Positions 28,062 to 37,638 are shown, counted from the first letter of the stretch. The stretch: 64,000 nucleotides of DNA from Candidatus Cloacimonadota bacterium (GCA_030621085.1 JAUXIJ010000007.1:1220-65219); one strand, 5' to 3'. The notes: a model not told the origin generated them from the sequence alone. Numbers and translations are program-made.

Positions 28062-28861
28062 TAAAACCAGGAGAAATACAAAACAAAGCTAGAGAAGTTT
28101 CGGTAAGGGATCAGCAAATTGAAAAAGACTATATCCTTTCATGGATACTACAAGGTTTAGCCCAGCATGAAAAATTGGCAAAAGCTATTGTTTTTAAAGG
28201 AGGTACTGTTCTTAAAAAAGGGTATTTCGAAGACTATCGCTTTTCAGAGGACCTTGATTTCACCCTATTGAATAAAGAATTATCCAACGAACAAATTTTT
28301 CTTTGGTTTGAAAAGATATTTGAATACGTAAGAGAAGAAGCAAATATTCCTTTAAAAATTATAGATAATGATGAACACGAAGATGGAGGAATCAATTTTT
28401 ACATTAGCTATGTTGGGCCTTTAGGTGGGCAAGGAAGTCATAAAAAGGTTAAAGTCGACATTTCAAAAAATGAACAATTGGAATTTGATACGGTTATAAG
28501 GAATATGATAACAGCGTATTCCGACCTTGATGATCATCAGTTGTTATGCTATTCATTAGAAGAAGTTTTGGTCGAGAAAATGCGCTCTGTTATGCAACGC
28601 CTACAAGCAAGAGATTATTACGATATCTGGTATTTATTGGAAATTCATGGAATGAACATAAATTGTTATACTCGTGAATTTATTGCAAAATGTGAAAGCA
28701 AAGGATTGGATGCAAATCAATTCACTGAAAAACTGGAAAATCGAAAAGCATCTTACAGGGGTAGATGGCAAAGTTCATTAGGAGACCAAATAAAGGACTT
28801 GCCTGATTTTGACAAAGTAGCTAGGGAAATGCAAAGACACATTAGAAAATTGAATCTTTAG
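28058..28861 (+). CDS. abiEii: AbiEii/AbiGii-family nucleotidyltransferase toxin (DUF1814)
   Basis: FKGGTVLKKGYFEDYRFSEDLDF is the hallmark N-terminal NTase motif of the family. 267 aa. Confidence 0.85.
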   Translation: MIKPGEIQNKAREVSVRDQQIEKDYILSWILQGLAQHEKLAKAIVFKGGTVLKKGYFEDYRFSEDLDFTLLNKELSNEQIFLWFEKIFEYVREEANIPLKIIDNDEHEDGGINFYISYVGPLGGQGSHKKVKVDISKNEQLEFDTVIRNMITAYSDLDDHQLLCYSLEEVLVEKMRSVMQRLQARDYYDIWYLLEIHGMNINCYTREFIAKCESKGLDANQFTEKLENRKASYRGRWQSSLGDQIKDLPDFDKVAREMQRHIRKLNL

Positions 28862-28971
28862 TAATAAATAAACCTGCATAAAACAATGTTTACATACTTA
28901 CGATCTTTTATTCATTCTCCATTATACACGTTTCTACTTCCTCGTTTACATTAATTTTTAATCCATTAAAC

Positions 28972-29017
28972 TATTTTATTATTGACAGTTAGCATTCATT
29001 TCCGCAGTTTCGGATTT
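28972..29017 (+). repeat. 46-bp direct repeat with TTGACA box, copy B (upstream of the 4-TM gene)
   Basis: TATTTTATTATTGACAGTTAGCATTCATTTCCGCAGTTTCGGATTT. Confidence 0.8.
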
Positions 29018-29078
29018 GCAGATACGAAGAAAGAGCTGGGTGTAGTTTTATAATAATATAATTAGGAGGTAATAAATA

Positions 29079-29567
29079 ATGAATCGTAATGAACTAAGAA
29101 AAACAATAGTATTAATCTTTGCTATCATTCTCATGATAATTGGTATCATTATGATATACAATCAAATAAGCATTAGTGGAAGTATTGACTTATCTTCGAC
29201 ATTTATTAGTGGGAAAATACAATCGGGAAGTGCAGGTCTGTTCATTTGCTTTTTTAGTCTGGTAATGATTTTTATTTCAACTTTAAATTCAAAAACAATA
29301 ACTGAGAAAAATGTAACTTCTTTACCAGAGAATAAAAAAGGGATTCTTAACACTGTTACCGCTAGGTATTTATTGGCTGTCATTATTTCTTGGATTTTAT
29401 TCATTATATCTTTGCTCCCACTTTTTTTAGTTGAAGGATATAGTGAAATTGGTGGAAGAGATGAACCAAGTGGATATCCAATGGTGCCAATATTTTTCTT
29501 TATTTTTATTACATTACCAATAACTATAGCATTTTTCAGTTATTATATTAATACAGGAAAACGATAA
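29079..29567 (+). CDS. small 4-TM membrane protein, function unknown
   Basis: 162 aa with four hydrophobic helices. AGGAGG RBS upstream. AT-rich. 28 nt upstream of the HEPN-like gene. Confidence 0.6.
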   Translation: MNRNELRKTIVLIFAIILMIIGIIMIYNQISISGSIDLSSTFISGKIQSGSAGLFICFFSLVMIFISTLNSKTITEKNVTSLPENKKGILNTVTARYLLAVIISWILFIISLLPLFLVEGYSEIGGRDEPSGYPMVPIFFFIFITLPITIAFFSYYINTGKR

Positions 29568-29595
29568 AACAATTCACAATAATACAAGGGATTTT

Positions 29596-30429
29596 ATGGC
29601 AAAATTAACACAAACTGATAAGCTTAGGCTCGAAAAGTTATTTGAAATGGGAGGTGGGTATGTACTAAATTTTTCAAACTCATCATTTCAACAATTAATT
29701 TTCAACACAATAAAAATTGATTTATACAATCATAAGTATGATTTTTTTGGAGACTCAAAAGCGAAGAGATTACGAGCGATATGGCAGATAGAATCAGATT
29801 ATAATGTCGGGTTGCTAATAAAAGAAATGCTTGAATATTGGAATACTAATAGGTTAATAAATGGACCGGAAATTAGCGAAAATGAAAAAGCAATTTTTTC
29901 TGATTGTACAGCCACTTCAAATAGGCTCTTGGGCAAAAAGGATGAAGAAATAATTAAGGAAGAAGATTTCTTAAAAAAAGAATTTACAGAGATTTCTTTT
30001 GAAAGATTGAAAATAGATAGTGCTGTAATTCAAGTTTTAGAAGAAAGAATTAAGGAAATAAAAAAAGGTCTTAAAAACGGTGCTTCTCTTTCAGTAGTTT
30101 TTATGTGCGGTAGTGTGTTGGAAGGAATTTTATTAGGAACATCTTTATCAAATATGAAAAAATTCAATCAATCAACAAAAAGTCCTAAAGATAAAAAAAC
30201 TGGAAAAGTCCTACAATTCCAAGACTGGACTTTGAATAGCTTGATTGACGTAGCACATGAAGTTGGATTACTTGGACTTGATGTAAAAAAGTACAGTCAT
30301 TCGTTAAGGGACTTTAGAAATTATATTCATCCTTATCAACAAATGAGTTCTGGTTTCTCACCAGACAGAGATACTGCCAAGATTTGTTGGCAAGTATTAA
30401 GGGCTGCAATATCTGATTTATGTAAATAA
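29596..30429 (+). CDS. HEPN-like (Rx4-6H) protein, AbiJ/Abi_C-like architecture; candidate abortive-infection RNase
   Basis: 277 aa. C-terminal LRDFRNYIHP fits the HEPN Rx4-6H motif. N-terminal GGGYVLNFSNSSF...SKAKRLRAIW resembles N-terminal modules I recall from Abi-type proteins (memory-based, unverified). Confidence 0.45.
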   Translation: MAKLTQTDKLRLEKLFEMGGGYVLNFSNSSFQQLIFNTIKIDLYNHKYDFFGDSKAKRLRAIWQIESDYNVGLLIKEMLEYWNTNRLINGPEISENEKAIFSDCTATSNRLLGKKDEEIIKEEDFLKKEFTEISFERLKIDSAVIQVLEERIKEIKKGLKNGASLSVVFMCGSVLEGILLGTSLSNMKKFNQSTKSPKDKKTGKVLQFQDWTLNSLIDVAHEVGLLGLDVKKYSHSLRDFRNYIHPYQQMSSGFSPDRDTAKICWQVLRAAISDLCK

Positions 30430-30539
30430 TAATGATATATTTCAAGCATAATTGGTAACAATAAACATAGGTCATATAAGAGAAATTTTAAAATAAAAAA
30501 ACTAATCAGTTTCAAACTTGCCGGAGCTTAATTATCCCT

Positions 30540-31325
30540 TCATTCTTTGGGACTATACTGTCTTTTCAGCCAGGAACCAAGACCATCAAGTCCGGGGAAC
30601 ATCACCCTTTCAGTAATATTCGCCTGATCCAGCTTATCCCGTATTTCCCATTTTAATTCTTTGGGAATGATAATTTTCTGCCAGATATTGGGATGCTGTT
30701 TCAGCCAGTCGTTCAGTGCAAGTTCAGGATTGGATGAAATTGAAAAAAAAGCAAACTGGTTAATGAAGCGATCGTCGATCGAGGGTGGTTCGATAAAAAG
30801 AAAGAAATCTTTTTCTGCCAGTTTTTCAATATCTTTTAAACTCTTCATTTTTTTCAGAAGCATTTTTACAGTGAATACGTTCGCTCCTTCTTTTTCCAGT
30901 TCTTCTTGTAAATTGCCTGGAACAAGTTTATTAACTTCTACGTAATTTACTGCCCAAACCACGCCATCAGTATCGAATTTCTCGATATTGGCTGTAGCAA
31001 AATGCATCGCCACATAAGGTGAATATGTCCAATCCATCAACCTGGTGGGAAGACCATGATGCTGTGCAAGTGAAAGCCAATGCCACATAGAATCGAGTTC
31101 TACTACATTGCTCTGCGCATATTTACTGAAATTCCTGAGCAGGTGATTCTCCATGCTGGCATAATCCCCACCCAAACGGATCAGTGTTGTTTCCAGTTTA
31201 AAATCTGCATCGGAAAGTCCCCTGAAAGCAAATTTGGAACGATATCTTCCAAGGTTAGGATTCCAGGAATCTTCAAATAGTTTTTCCTGAAGTTCATTCC
31301 AGCTTTTAATTGTATATTCATTCAT
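30540..31325 (-). CDS. FRG domain-containing protein
   Basis: 261 aa. KFAFRGLSDADFKLETTLIR carries the (F/Y)RG signature of the Pfam FRG domain. Last gene of a tightly spaced minus-strand trio. Confidence 0.7.
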   Translation of the reverse strand: MNEYTIKSWNELQEKLFEDSWNPNLGRYRSKFAFRGLSDADFKLETTLIRLGGDYASMENHLLRNFSKYAQSNVVELDSMWHWLSLAQHHGLPTRLMDWTYSPYVAMHFATANIEKFDTDGVVWAVNYVEVNKLVPGNLQEELEKEGANVFTVKMLLKKMKSLKDIEKLAEKDFFLFIEPPSIDDRFINQFAFFSISSNPELALNDWLKQHPNIWQKIIIPKELKWEIRDKLDQANITERVMFPGLDGLGSWLKRQYSPKE

Positions 31326-31342
31326 TTAAAACTCCTGCTATA

Positions 31343-32086
31343 TTATAAATCAAAACCTGCTCCAATTGCAAAAATGGGAGCTGCACCAAAAGTACCGTTT
31401 TTGGGAGTTGCCATTTCCACTCCAATTTCAGGTCTTAAATATAAAGGTCCAAACTCAAGTGACAGTCCTCCTATTACGCCAAATCTGTTCAGCATAAATG
31501 CTTCATCAATACCAATATCTTCTAGTTCTATACCAGGTTGTTCAATAGAAATAAAATCTGCACTATATCTTACCATTCCGGTAAAGGCAAGGGCTTCCCC
31601 AACTCTATAAGTAGCCAGGAAGGGAATTTCAAAACCATAAGATTTTATATCAGCAATATCAATGACACTATCTTCTTCTTTCTCATCAGATTCAGTGGTT
31701 ACAAAAGTTAATCCCGGAGCTATTGCTATCGATGCCTTTTCGCTATCCAATGGAAGACGATGCTTCAGATATCCCTTGAAACCAATTCCTCCCAGAGATA
31801 CCCATAATTTGCCATTAATATCTGTATCATCAGTAAGTCCAATACCGACTTTCATGCCGTAAACAGGTAAAGAAAGCAAAGTTGTAGCATCAAAAGTAGA
31901 AGATTCGACGCTTGTAATAAGCATTGTAGAAGTTAGGTCTAATCCATAACCATATTCAACTCCAAATTTTGGGTGGCCAGGTCTTGTAGTTTCTGCCGTT
32001 TCCATCATCGATGTATTCATTACAGCACATCCGGAAAAAATTCCAACCATTAATACTAACAATAAAGTTACATTTCTAACTTTCAT
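31343..32086 (-). CDS. outer-membrane beta-barrel-like lipoprotein, function unknown
   Basis: Signal peptide with lipobox GIFSGC. Alternating Gly/aromatic beta-strand pattern. 247 aa. Confidence 0.55.
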   Translation of the reverse strand: MKVRNVTLLLVLMVGIFSGCAVMNTSMMETAETTRPGHPKFGVEYGYGLDLTSTMLITSVESSTFDATTLLSLPVYGMKVGIGLTDDTDINGKLWVSLGGIGFKGYLKHRLPLDSEKASIAIAPGLTFVTTESDEKEEDSVIDIADIKSYGFEIPFLATYRVGEALAFTGMVRYSADFISIEQPGIELEDIGIDEAFMLNRFGVIGGLSLEFGPLYLRPEIGVEMATPKNGTFGAAPIFAIGAGFDL

Positions 32087-32114
32087 ATTTTTCTCCTTAT
32101 CATTTTTTAATTCT

Positions 32115-32900
32115 TTATTTATTCTCTACTTTTAAATGCTTCAGAAAATTTGATATCGATCCCTGCTTAAACCGGAGTCTGTTACGCGGATCAAAAGAGC
32201 TGTTTGCTGCATCTCTCAGCTCCATGTGTAGATGAGATGGTTTCCCGCTGTTGCGGATATTTCCAGTTAAACCAGTAATTCCTACTTTTGTGTCACCGTT
32301 TACTTCCTGCCCAAATTTTACAAATACATCATTCAAATGAGTATACACACTTTCGATGCCTTCGGGGTACAATATCCTGACTGTTTTCCCATACTCTATC
32401 TTCATCGAATCAATTATACCATCCGGTTTTGTGTATTTCACTTTCACCATGTGATGTGGATTATCACTAACCTCGGTAACAATACCGAAATCGGTCAAAG
32501 GATAAACTGGCGTGTTTTCCGGAACATATAGATCTATGCCTTCGTGAATTCTCTTCTTTTCCCTGGTACCACGCATACAGCCATAATGATCTGCCCAACG
32601 ATTACGAATATACTTTTTAATTAATTCATTAAAAGTCAAGCCATCATTGAAGGGTGATTTATATTTACTGAAATGATCCACGAAATCGGAAGTTAAAAGA
32701 AATGTTTCTTTTTCCAAAGAAAAGGGTGACAAGACAACCGGAGAACCAGATTCGACATCAAGAATTTTCAGGTTCTTCAGTTTCCTGTGAAGATACGGAA
32801 TATAGAAAACATCTGCAATTACCATCAGCAAAACAATACTATATATAAAGATCCTGACAAAACCAGGTGATTTTTTATTCATAATCTCCTCATAAGACAA
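32115..32900 (-). CDS. membrane-anchored M23 family metallopeptidase
   Basis: N-terminal TM helix. HEGIDLY (HxxxD) and HLHMELR (HxH) zinc motifs. Confidence 0.8.
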   Translation of the reverse strand: MSYEEIMNKKSPGFVRIFIYSIVLLMVIADVFYIPYLHRKLKNLKILDVESGSPVVLSPFSLEKETFLLTSDFVDHFSKYKSPFNDGLTFNELIKKYIRNRWADHYGCMRGTREKKRIHEGIDLYVPENTPVYPLTDFGIVTEVSDNPHHMVKVKYTKPDGIIDSMKIEYGKTVRILYPEGIESVYTHLNDVFVKFGQEVNGDTKVGITGLTGNIRNSGKPSHLHMELRDAANSSFDPRNRLRFKQGSISNFLKHLKVENK

Positions 32901-33083
32901 ATTTCAAAATCAACTATGGATTTTAGAGAATAATTGGCAATATTTTTAATTACGAATTTCGATAATATAATAAACTTTAGTATTAGCAATTATCAAAGTT
33001 CATTCTACTTGACAGCAGAACGGCTCTATAAAAACTTTGTTCGGTCTCGATCATATGTTAGTATAGAATAATAAGGAGAAAGC

Positions 33084-33518
33084 ATGAAAACAGATACTCC
33101 AAAAGCTGATCAGATCAGGCATGATTGGTACCTGGTCGATGCTGCGGATTTGGTTTTAGGAAGATTGGCTACGCAAATCGCAACTATTTTGCGTGGTAAA
33201 AATAAACCTTACTTCACACCTCACTTGGATACAGGTGATTATGTTGTGGTTATTAATGCTGAAAAAGTTAGACTTACCGGGAATAAAGAATTACAAAAAA
33301 CTTATCAGCGCTATAGTGGTTATCCCGATGGCAGAAAGGAAATTCCTTTCAAAAGAATGCTTCAGGAAAAACCAGAAGAAGTAATCACCCATGCAGTCAA
33401 GGGTATGCTTCCCAAGAATTCTCTTGGAAGACAGATCATTACTAAACTGAAAGTTTATGCCGGCAACCAACACCCACATACTGCTCAAAAACCAAAACCT
33501 TTAACCTTGGCTAATTAG
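33084..33518 (+). CDS. rplM: 50S ribosomal protein L13
   Basis: [48 protein letters not shown] is canonical L13. Confidence 0.95.
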   Translation: MKTDTPKADQIRHDWYLVDAADLVLGRLATQIATILRGKNKPYFTPHLDTGDYVVVINAEKVRLTGNKELQKTYQRYSGYPDGRKEIPFKRMLQEKPEEVITHAVKGMLPKNSLGRQIITKLKVYAGNQHPHTAQKPKPLTLAN

Positions 33519-33529
33519 GGAGAATATAT

Positions 33530-33916
33530 ATGCAATATTTCGACGCAATCGGAAGAAGAAAAGATGCAGTAGCAAGAGTTCGATTAACCCCAGGAACAGG
33601 AAAAAGAACTGCTAATAAAAGAACCATGAAGAACTATCTGCAAAGAGAAACTCTGGAAATGATCATTGAACAACCGCTCAAGCTTGTAGGTCTTTCCGAG
33701 AAATTAGATATCAATGTAAATGTGGATGGCGGAGGCCTTTCCGGTCAAGCCGGAGCGATACGCCTTGGTATTTCCCGTGCTCTTGTGAAATATAATGAAG
33801 AACTTAAATCAACTCTTAAAAAGGAAGGATTCCTTACTCGCGACCCTCGTATGGTTGAAAGGAAAAAACCCGGTCAACCAAAAGCGAGAAAGAGATTCCA
33901 ATTCTCGAAACGTTAA
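33530..33916 (+). CDS. rpsI: 30S ribosomal protein S9
   Basis: [12 protein letters not shown]... and C-terminal RKRFQFSKR. Confidence 0.95.
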   Translation: MQYFDAIGRRKDAVARVRLTPGTGKRTANKRTMKNYLQRETLEMIIEQPLKLVGLSEKLDINVNVDGGGLSGQAGAIRLGISRALVKYNEELKSTLKKEGFLTRDPRMVERKKPGQPKARKRFQFSKR

Positions 33917-34042
33917 TTAAATACATTTTCATATAAAAAAAACTGCCTGGTATATGTAAAGCGGTGTCCGGTAACTACCGGATTGAATTGCAGTTAATAT
34001 CTGGCAGAAAAAAATAACCGTAATTAAAGGAGATTGAAAAGT

Positions 34043-35167
34043 ATGTCTGTTGTAACAATGAAAGCTCTTCTGGAGAGTGGAGTTCATTTTGGTCACCAAA
34101 CACACAAGTGGAATCCCAAGATGGACAAATTTATTTTCATCAAACGTAATGGAATTCACATTCTTGATTTGAAACAAACCCTCGATGCTGTGAATGAAGC
34201 TTATATGTTCATCAAAGAACTTGTGGGTAAAGGTGAAACAGTTCTTTTTGTAGGAACCAAAAAACAGTCTAAAGAGGCTATCGAAGTTTCTGCCAAGAAA
34301 AGTGGTGTGTTTTATGTAAACAACCGCTGGTATGGTGGTATGCTTACCAATATAAAAACCATTCGTCGTAGTATCGAGAAACTGGATTACTATGAGCAGA
34401 TCGTTGAAGACGGTACAATAAATAGTTTCACCAAATTGGAAGCTCAGAAGATGAAAAAGATCTACGATAAGATCAATAACGGACTGGGTGGTGTTCGGGA
34501 AATGGATAGGCAGCCCGGAGTAGTTTTCATAGTTGATATCATCAAAGAAAAAATAGCAGTTAATGAAGCTCGAAAACTTAAAATACCTATTGTGGCAATG
34601 GTAGATACAAATGCCGATCCCGATCTGGTAGATTATATTATTCCTGCTAACGATGATGCTATTCGTGCTATACACCTGATCACAGATATCATGGCAAATG
34701 CTGTAATAGAAGGTAAGCAATCTCTTCTTGAAGGTGCTGACGTTGTTCAGCCTGATGCTGCAGAGAAAAAAGAATCAGCCATAGAAGAAACGAAAGAAGA
34801 AGTTCCTGTAAAAGAACCTGAGATTTCAAAAAAAGATACAGAAGAAAAAGCTGTGAAACCTGCTTTAAAAAAAGCAGTTCCCAATAAGGAAAAAACTGAA
34901 AAGGCAGAACCTGCCAAAGTTTCTGAAAAGAAAGCTGTGAAAAAAGATATAGAAAAAAAAGCTGCGAAACCTGCTCCAAAGAAAACAGCTACTAAGAAAG
35001 AAAAGACTGAAAAGGTAGAACCTGTTAAAGCTGCTGCGAAGAAAGCTGCTCCCAAAAAAGTAAAAAAAGACAAAGTTATTTCTGCAAAAAAAACTGAACC
35101 TACAAAAAAAGAGAAGAAGAAAGAGAAGTCTGAAACAACTAAAAAAGAAAATAAAACAGCAAAATAA
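34043..35167 (+). CDS. rpsB: 30S ribosomal protein S2 with roughly 130-aa Lys/Ala/Glu-rich C-terminal extension
   Basis: LLESGVHFGHQTHKWNPKM is canonical S2. ATG 34043 lies 9 nt after AAAGGAGA. The tail contains a 2 x 111-nt tandem repeat (34847-35068). Confidence 0.9.
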   Translation: MSVVTMKALLESGVHFGHQTHKWNPKMDKFIFIKRNGIHILDLKQTLDAVNEAYMFIKELVGKGETVLFVGTKKQSKEAIEVSAKKSGVFYVNNRWYGGMLTNIKTIRRSIEKLDYYEQIVEDGTINSFTKLEAQKMKKIYDKINNGLGGVREMDRQPGVVFIVDIIKEKIAVNEARKLKIPIVAMVDTNADPDLVDYIIPANDDAIRAIHLITDIMANAVIEGKQSLLEGADVVQPDAAEKKESAIEETKEEVPVKEPEISKKDTEEKAVKPALKKAVPNKEKTEKAEPAKVSEKKAVKKDIEKKAAKPAPKKTATKKEKTEKVEPVKAAAKKAAPKKVKKDKVISAKKTEPTKKEKKKEKSETTKKENKTAK

Positions 35168-35224
35168 TACATACTGAAGAAATTGCAAAATTTCTTCGCA
35201 CATAAAAATAAATTCAGGAGAAAA

Positions 35225-36112
35225 ATGACTATGAGTATATCAGCAAAACTGGTAATGGAACTTCGTGCAAAAACCGGTGCAGGTATGATGGACTGTAAAA
35301 AAGCACTTGTTGACACAAATGGAGATCTGCAGATTGCTATCGATTACCTGAGGGAAAAAGGTATCAGCAAAGCTGCCAAAAAAGCTGCCCGAATTGCAGC
35401 GGAAGGACTTGTTTTTATTTCTGTTTCAAACGATGGTAAAACAGGTGCAATGCTCGAACTTAATTCCGAAACAGATTTTGTAGCTAAAAATGAGGACTTC
35501 ATAAACTTTGGTAATAAATTAGTAGATCTGATCCTAACAAATGATATTTCTACTGTGGATGAATTAAAAAACCTGGAAGTTGATAGTTCTAAAATTAATG
35601 ATCAACTTACATCTCTCATTGCTACTATCGGTGAAAACATGAATATCCGCCGCTTCAAGAAAGCTGCTTCCAAAAGCTTCGTAACAACCTACATCCACAT
35701 GGGTGGTAAAATAGGTGTTCTGCTGAACATGGAAGGTGAGGTCAACGAAGAAAATAAAACCAAGGCAAAAGATATTGCCATGCATATTGCTGCCATGGCA
35801 CCGGATTTTATGGACAGAACCGATGTTCCTGAAGACGTTCTGGAAAAGGAAAAAGCTATTGTTAAAGCACAACTTCTTGAACAGGGAAAACCCGAAAATA
35901 TTATTGATAAGATCCTGATCGGTAAAATGAATAAATACTTTGAAGAAAACTGTTTACTTCAGCAAAAATTCGTGAAAGACGATAAGCTAACAGTTGCTCA
36001 ATATGCAGGTAAACTGAAAATAGTTTCTTTCGATAGATTCAAACTTGGTGAAGGTATCGAGAAGAAGGAAGAGGATTTCGCATCTGAAGTTGCAGCTCAA
36101 ATAAAAGGTTAA
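35225..36112 (+). CDS. tsf: elongation factor Ts
   Basis: LRAKTGAGMMDCKKAL N-terminal UBA-like motif. ATG 35225 follows AGGAGA. Confidence 0.95.
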   Translation: MTMSISAKLVMELRAKTGAGMMDCKKALVDTNGDLQIAIDYLREKGISKAAKKAARIAAEGLVFISVSNDGKTGAMLELNSETDFVAKNEDFINFGNKLVDLILTNDISTVDELKNLEVDSSKINDQLTSLIATIGENMNIRRFKKAASKSFVTTYIHMGGKIGVLLNMEGEVNEENKTKAKDIAMHIAAMAPDFMDRTDVPEDVLEKEKAIVKAQLLEQGKPENIIDKILIGKMNKYFEENCLLQQKFVKDDKLTVAQYAGKLKIVSFDRFKLGEGIEKKEEDFASEVAAQIKG

Positions 36113-36132
36113 TTTGTAATCAAGGATATTAT

Positions 36133-36858
36133 ATGCAAACTTATAAACCGGAAAAAGTCCATAAGGTCATTTTTAAGATCAGTGGAGAAGTGCTGGCAGG
36201 AGATAAGGGATTCGGTATTGATCTTTCTGCTGTTGATCAGCTAATAGACGAATTGATCTCTGTAAAAGAACTCGGTTACAGTATCGGTATTGTTTTGGGT
36301 GGAGGTAATTTCTTCCGTGGTGTATCTGAGACAGGAAAATACTTGAACCGTTTTGTGGCAGATAATATAGGAATGCTGGCAACCATCCAGAATGCATTAA
36401 TAATGAGTGAACTCTTTAACAAGAAAAATTACTCAACTGAAATTTTCTCTGCGATCCAGATCGATAAAGTAGCAAAATTCTACATTCCAAGTAGGGCAAA
36501 CACATCGATGAATGAAGGTAAAATATGCTTTTTTTGTGCTGGAATTGGAAATCCATTTTTTACCACCGATACAGCAGCGGTACTCAGAGCTATCGAATTG
36601 AAAGCCGATCTTGTACTTAAGGGTACAAAAGTAGATGGTATTTTCACTTCTGATCCCCTGAAAGATAAGAAGGCCAGGTTCATTGAAGATATCTCGTTCG
36701 ATGATGTATTGAAAGATAGATTAACTGTGATGGACATGACTGCATTTTCATTAGCGCGTGATAATCGTATGCCAATAAAAGTATTTAATGTTTCCAAAAA
36801 GGGAAGTTTTAAGAAAGCAATACGAAGCAAAGAATTTGGAACCTTTGTTCACGATTAA
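36133..36858 (+). CDS. pyrH: UMP kinase
   Basis: KISGEVL, GGGNFFRG and synteny tsf-pyrH-frr. Confidence 0.95.
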   Translation: MQTYKPEKVHKVIFKISGEVLAGDKGFGIDLSAVDQLIDELISVKELGYSIGIVLGGGNFFRGVSETGKYLNRFVADNIGMLATIQNALIMSELFNKKNYSTEIFSAIQIDKVAKFYIPSRANTSMNEGKICFFCAGIGNPFFTTDTAAVLRAIELKADLVLKGTKVDGIFTSDPLKDKKARFIEDISFDDVLKDRLTVMDMTAFSLARDNRMPIKVFNVSKKGSFKKAIRSKEFGTFVHD

Positions 36859-36867
36859 AGGGAAAGT

Positions 36868-37422
36868 ATGGAAGAATTAAAACTAATGCTGGAAATGAAA
36901 ATGGATGACGCATTCAATGCTTTATTGAAGCACTATGCCAAAACCAGAACAGGAAGAGCAAATGCTTCTTCTTTAGATGAAATCAGAGTTGATTATTATG
37001 GTGCTAACACTCCCATCAAACAGCTTTGTAATATCACCATCCCGGAACCACGACTGGTAGTTATCCAACCATGGGATAAATCCATTCTGCAGGAAATTGA
37101 AAAAGCTATCCTGGCTTCCAATATTGGAGTCACTCCCGAAAATGACGGAAACGTGATCCGTCTTCCATTCCAGCCGTTAACCGAAGAAATCCGTCGTGAG
37201 ATCGTGCGCCAGATCAAAAAGATGACCGAAGATAGTAAGATCGAGATCAGAAATATTCGACGAGATGGAAATGATTCTGCCAAAAATATGGAAAAAAGTG
37301 GTGAAATTAGCGAAGATGATCAAAAGAAACTTCTTAAAGATATCCAGGAACTTACAGATAAGTGGATTGATAAAATATCAGATGCTTCCATAACCAAAGA
37401 AAGAGAAATAATGGAAATTTAA
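36868..37422 (+). CDS. frr: ribosome recycling factor
   Basis: 184 aa with typical RRF sequence (RTGRANASSLDEIRVDYYG) and synteny. Confidence 0.95.
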   Translation: MEELKLMLEMKMDDAFNALLKHYAKTRTGRANASSLDEIRVDYYGANTPIKQLCNITIPEPRLVVIQPWDKSILQEIEKAILASNIGVTPENDGNVIRLPFQPLTEEIRREIVRQIKKMTEDSKIEIRNIRRDGNDSAKNMEKSGEISEDDQKKLLKDIQELTDKWIDKISDASITKEREIMEI

Positions 37423-37455
37423 ATATTTCTTTTTTATTGTTTCAGGGAGAATAAT

Positions 37456-37638
37456 ATGTCATTTGTAATAACTTCTGAGTGCGTGAAATGTGGATTATGT
37501 ATTGATACTTGTCCCACTTCTGCGATCCTCGAAGGAGAAGAACAATACATAATAACCGAAGCCTGCATAAATTGCGGTAAATGCGAGGATGTTTGCCCGA
37601 TCGATGCTATCAAAGGCATGAAAATGAATGGTGTATAA
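37456..37638 (+). CDS. 2x[4Fe-4S] ferredoxin
   Basis: CVKCGLCIDTCP and CINCGKCEDVCP. Confidence 0.85.
   Translation: MSFVITSECVKCGLCIDTCPTSAILEGEEQYIITEACINCGKCEDVCPIDAIKGMKMNGV

Noticed and set aside
33925-34033. Possible rpsB leader structure (hairpin TCCGGTAACTACCGGA at about 33966-33981, long-range ACTGCCTGG/TCTGGCAG pairing) and a similar hairpin TCCGGTAGATACTGGA near 5298-5313
   Set aside because: The stems are short and I cannot match them to the known S2 autoregulatory leader. The similarity between the two sites is limited to about 20 nt. It is noted only as a possible follow-up.
34689-35316. Three minus-strand ORFs (96-189 aa) antisense to the rpsB tail
   Set aside because: They are artefacts of the low-complexity Lys/Ala/Glu-coding repeat, which lacks stops on the opposite strand. 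Their composition is Phe/Ser/Leu-rich nonsense.
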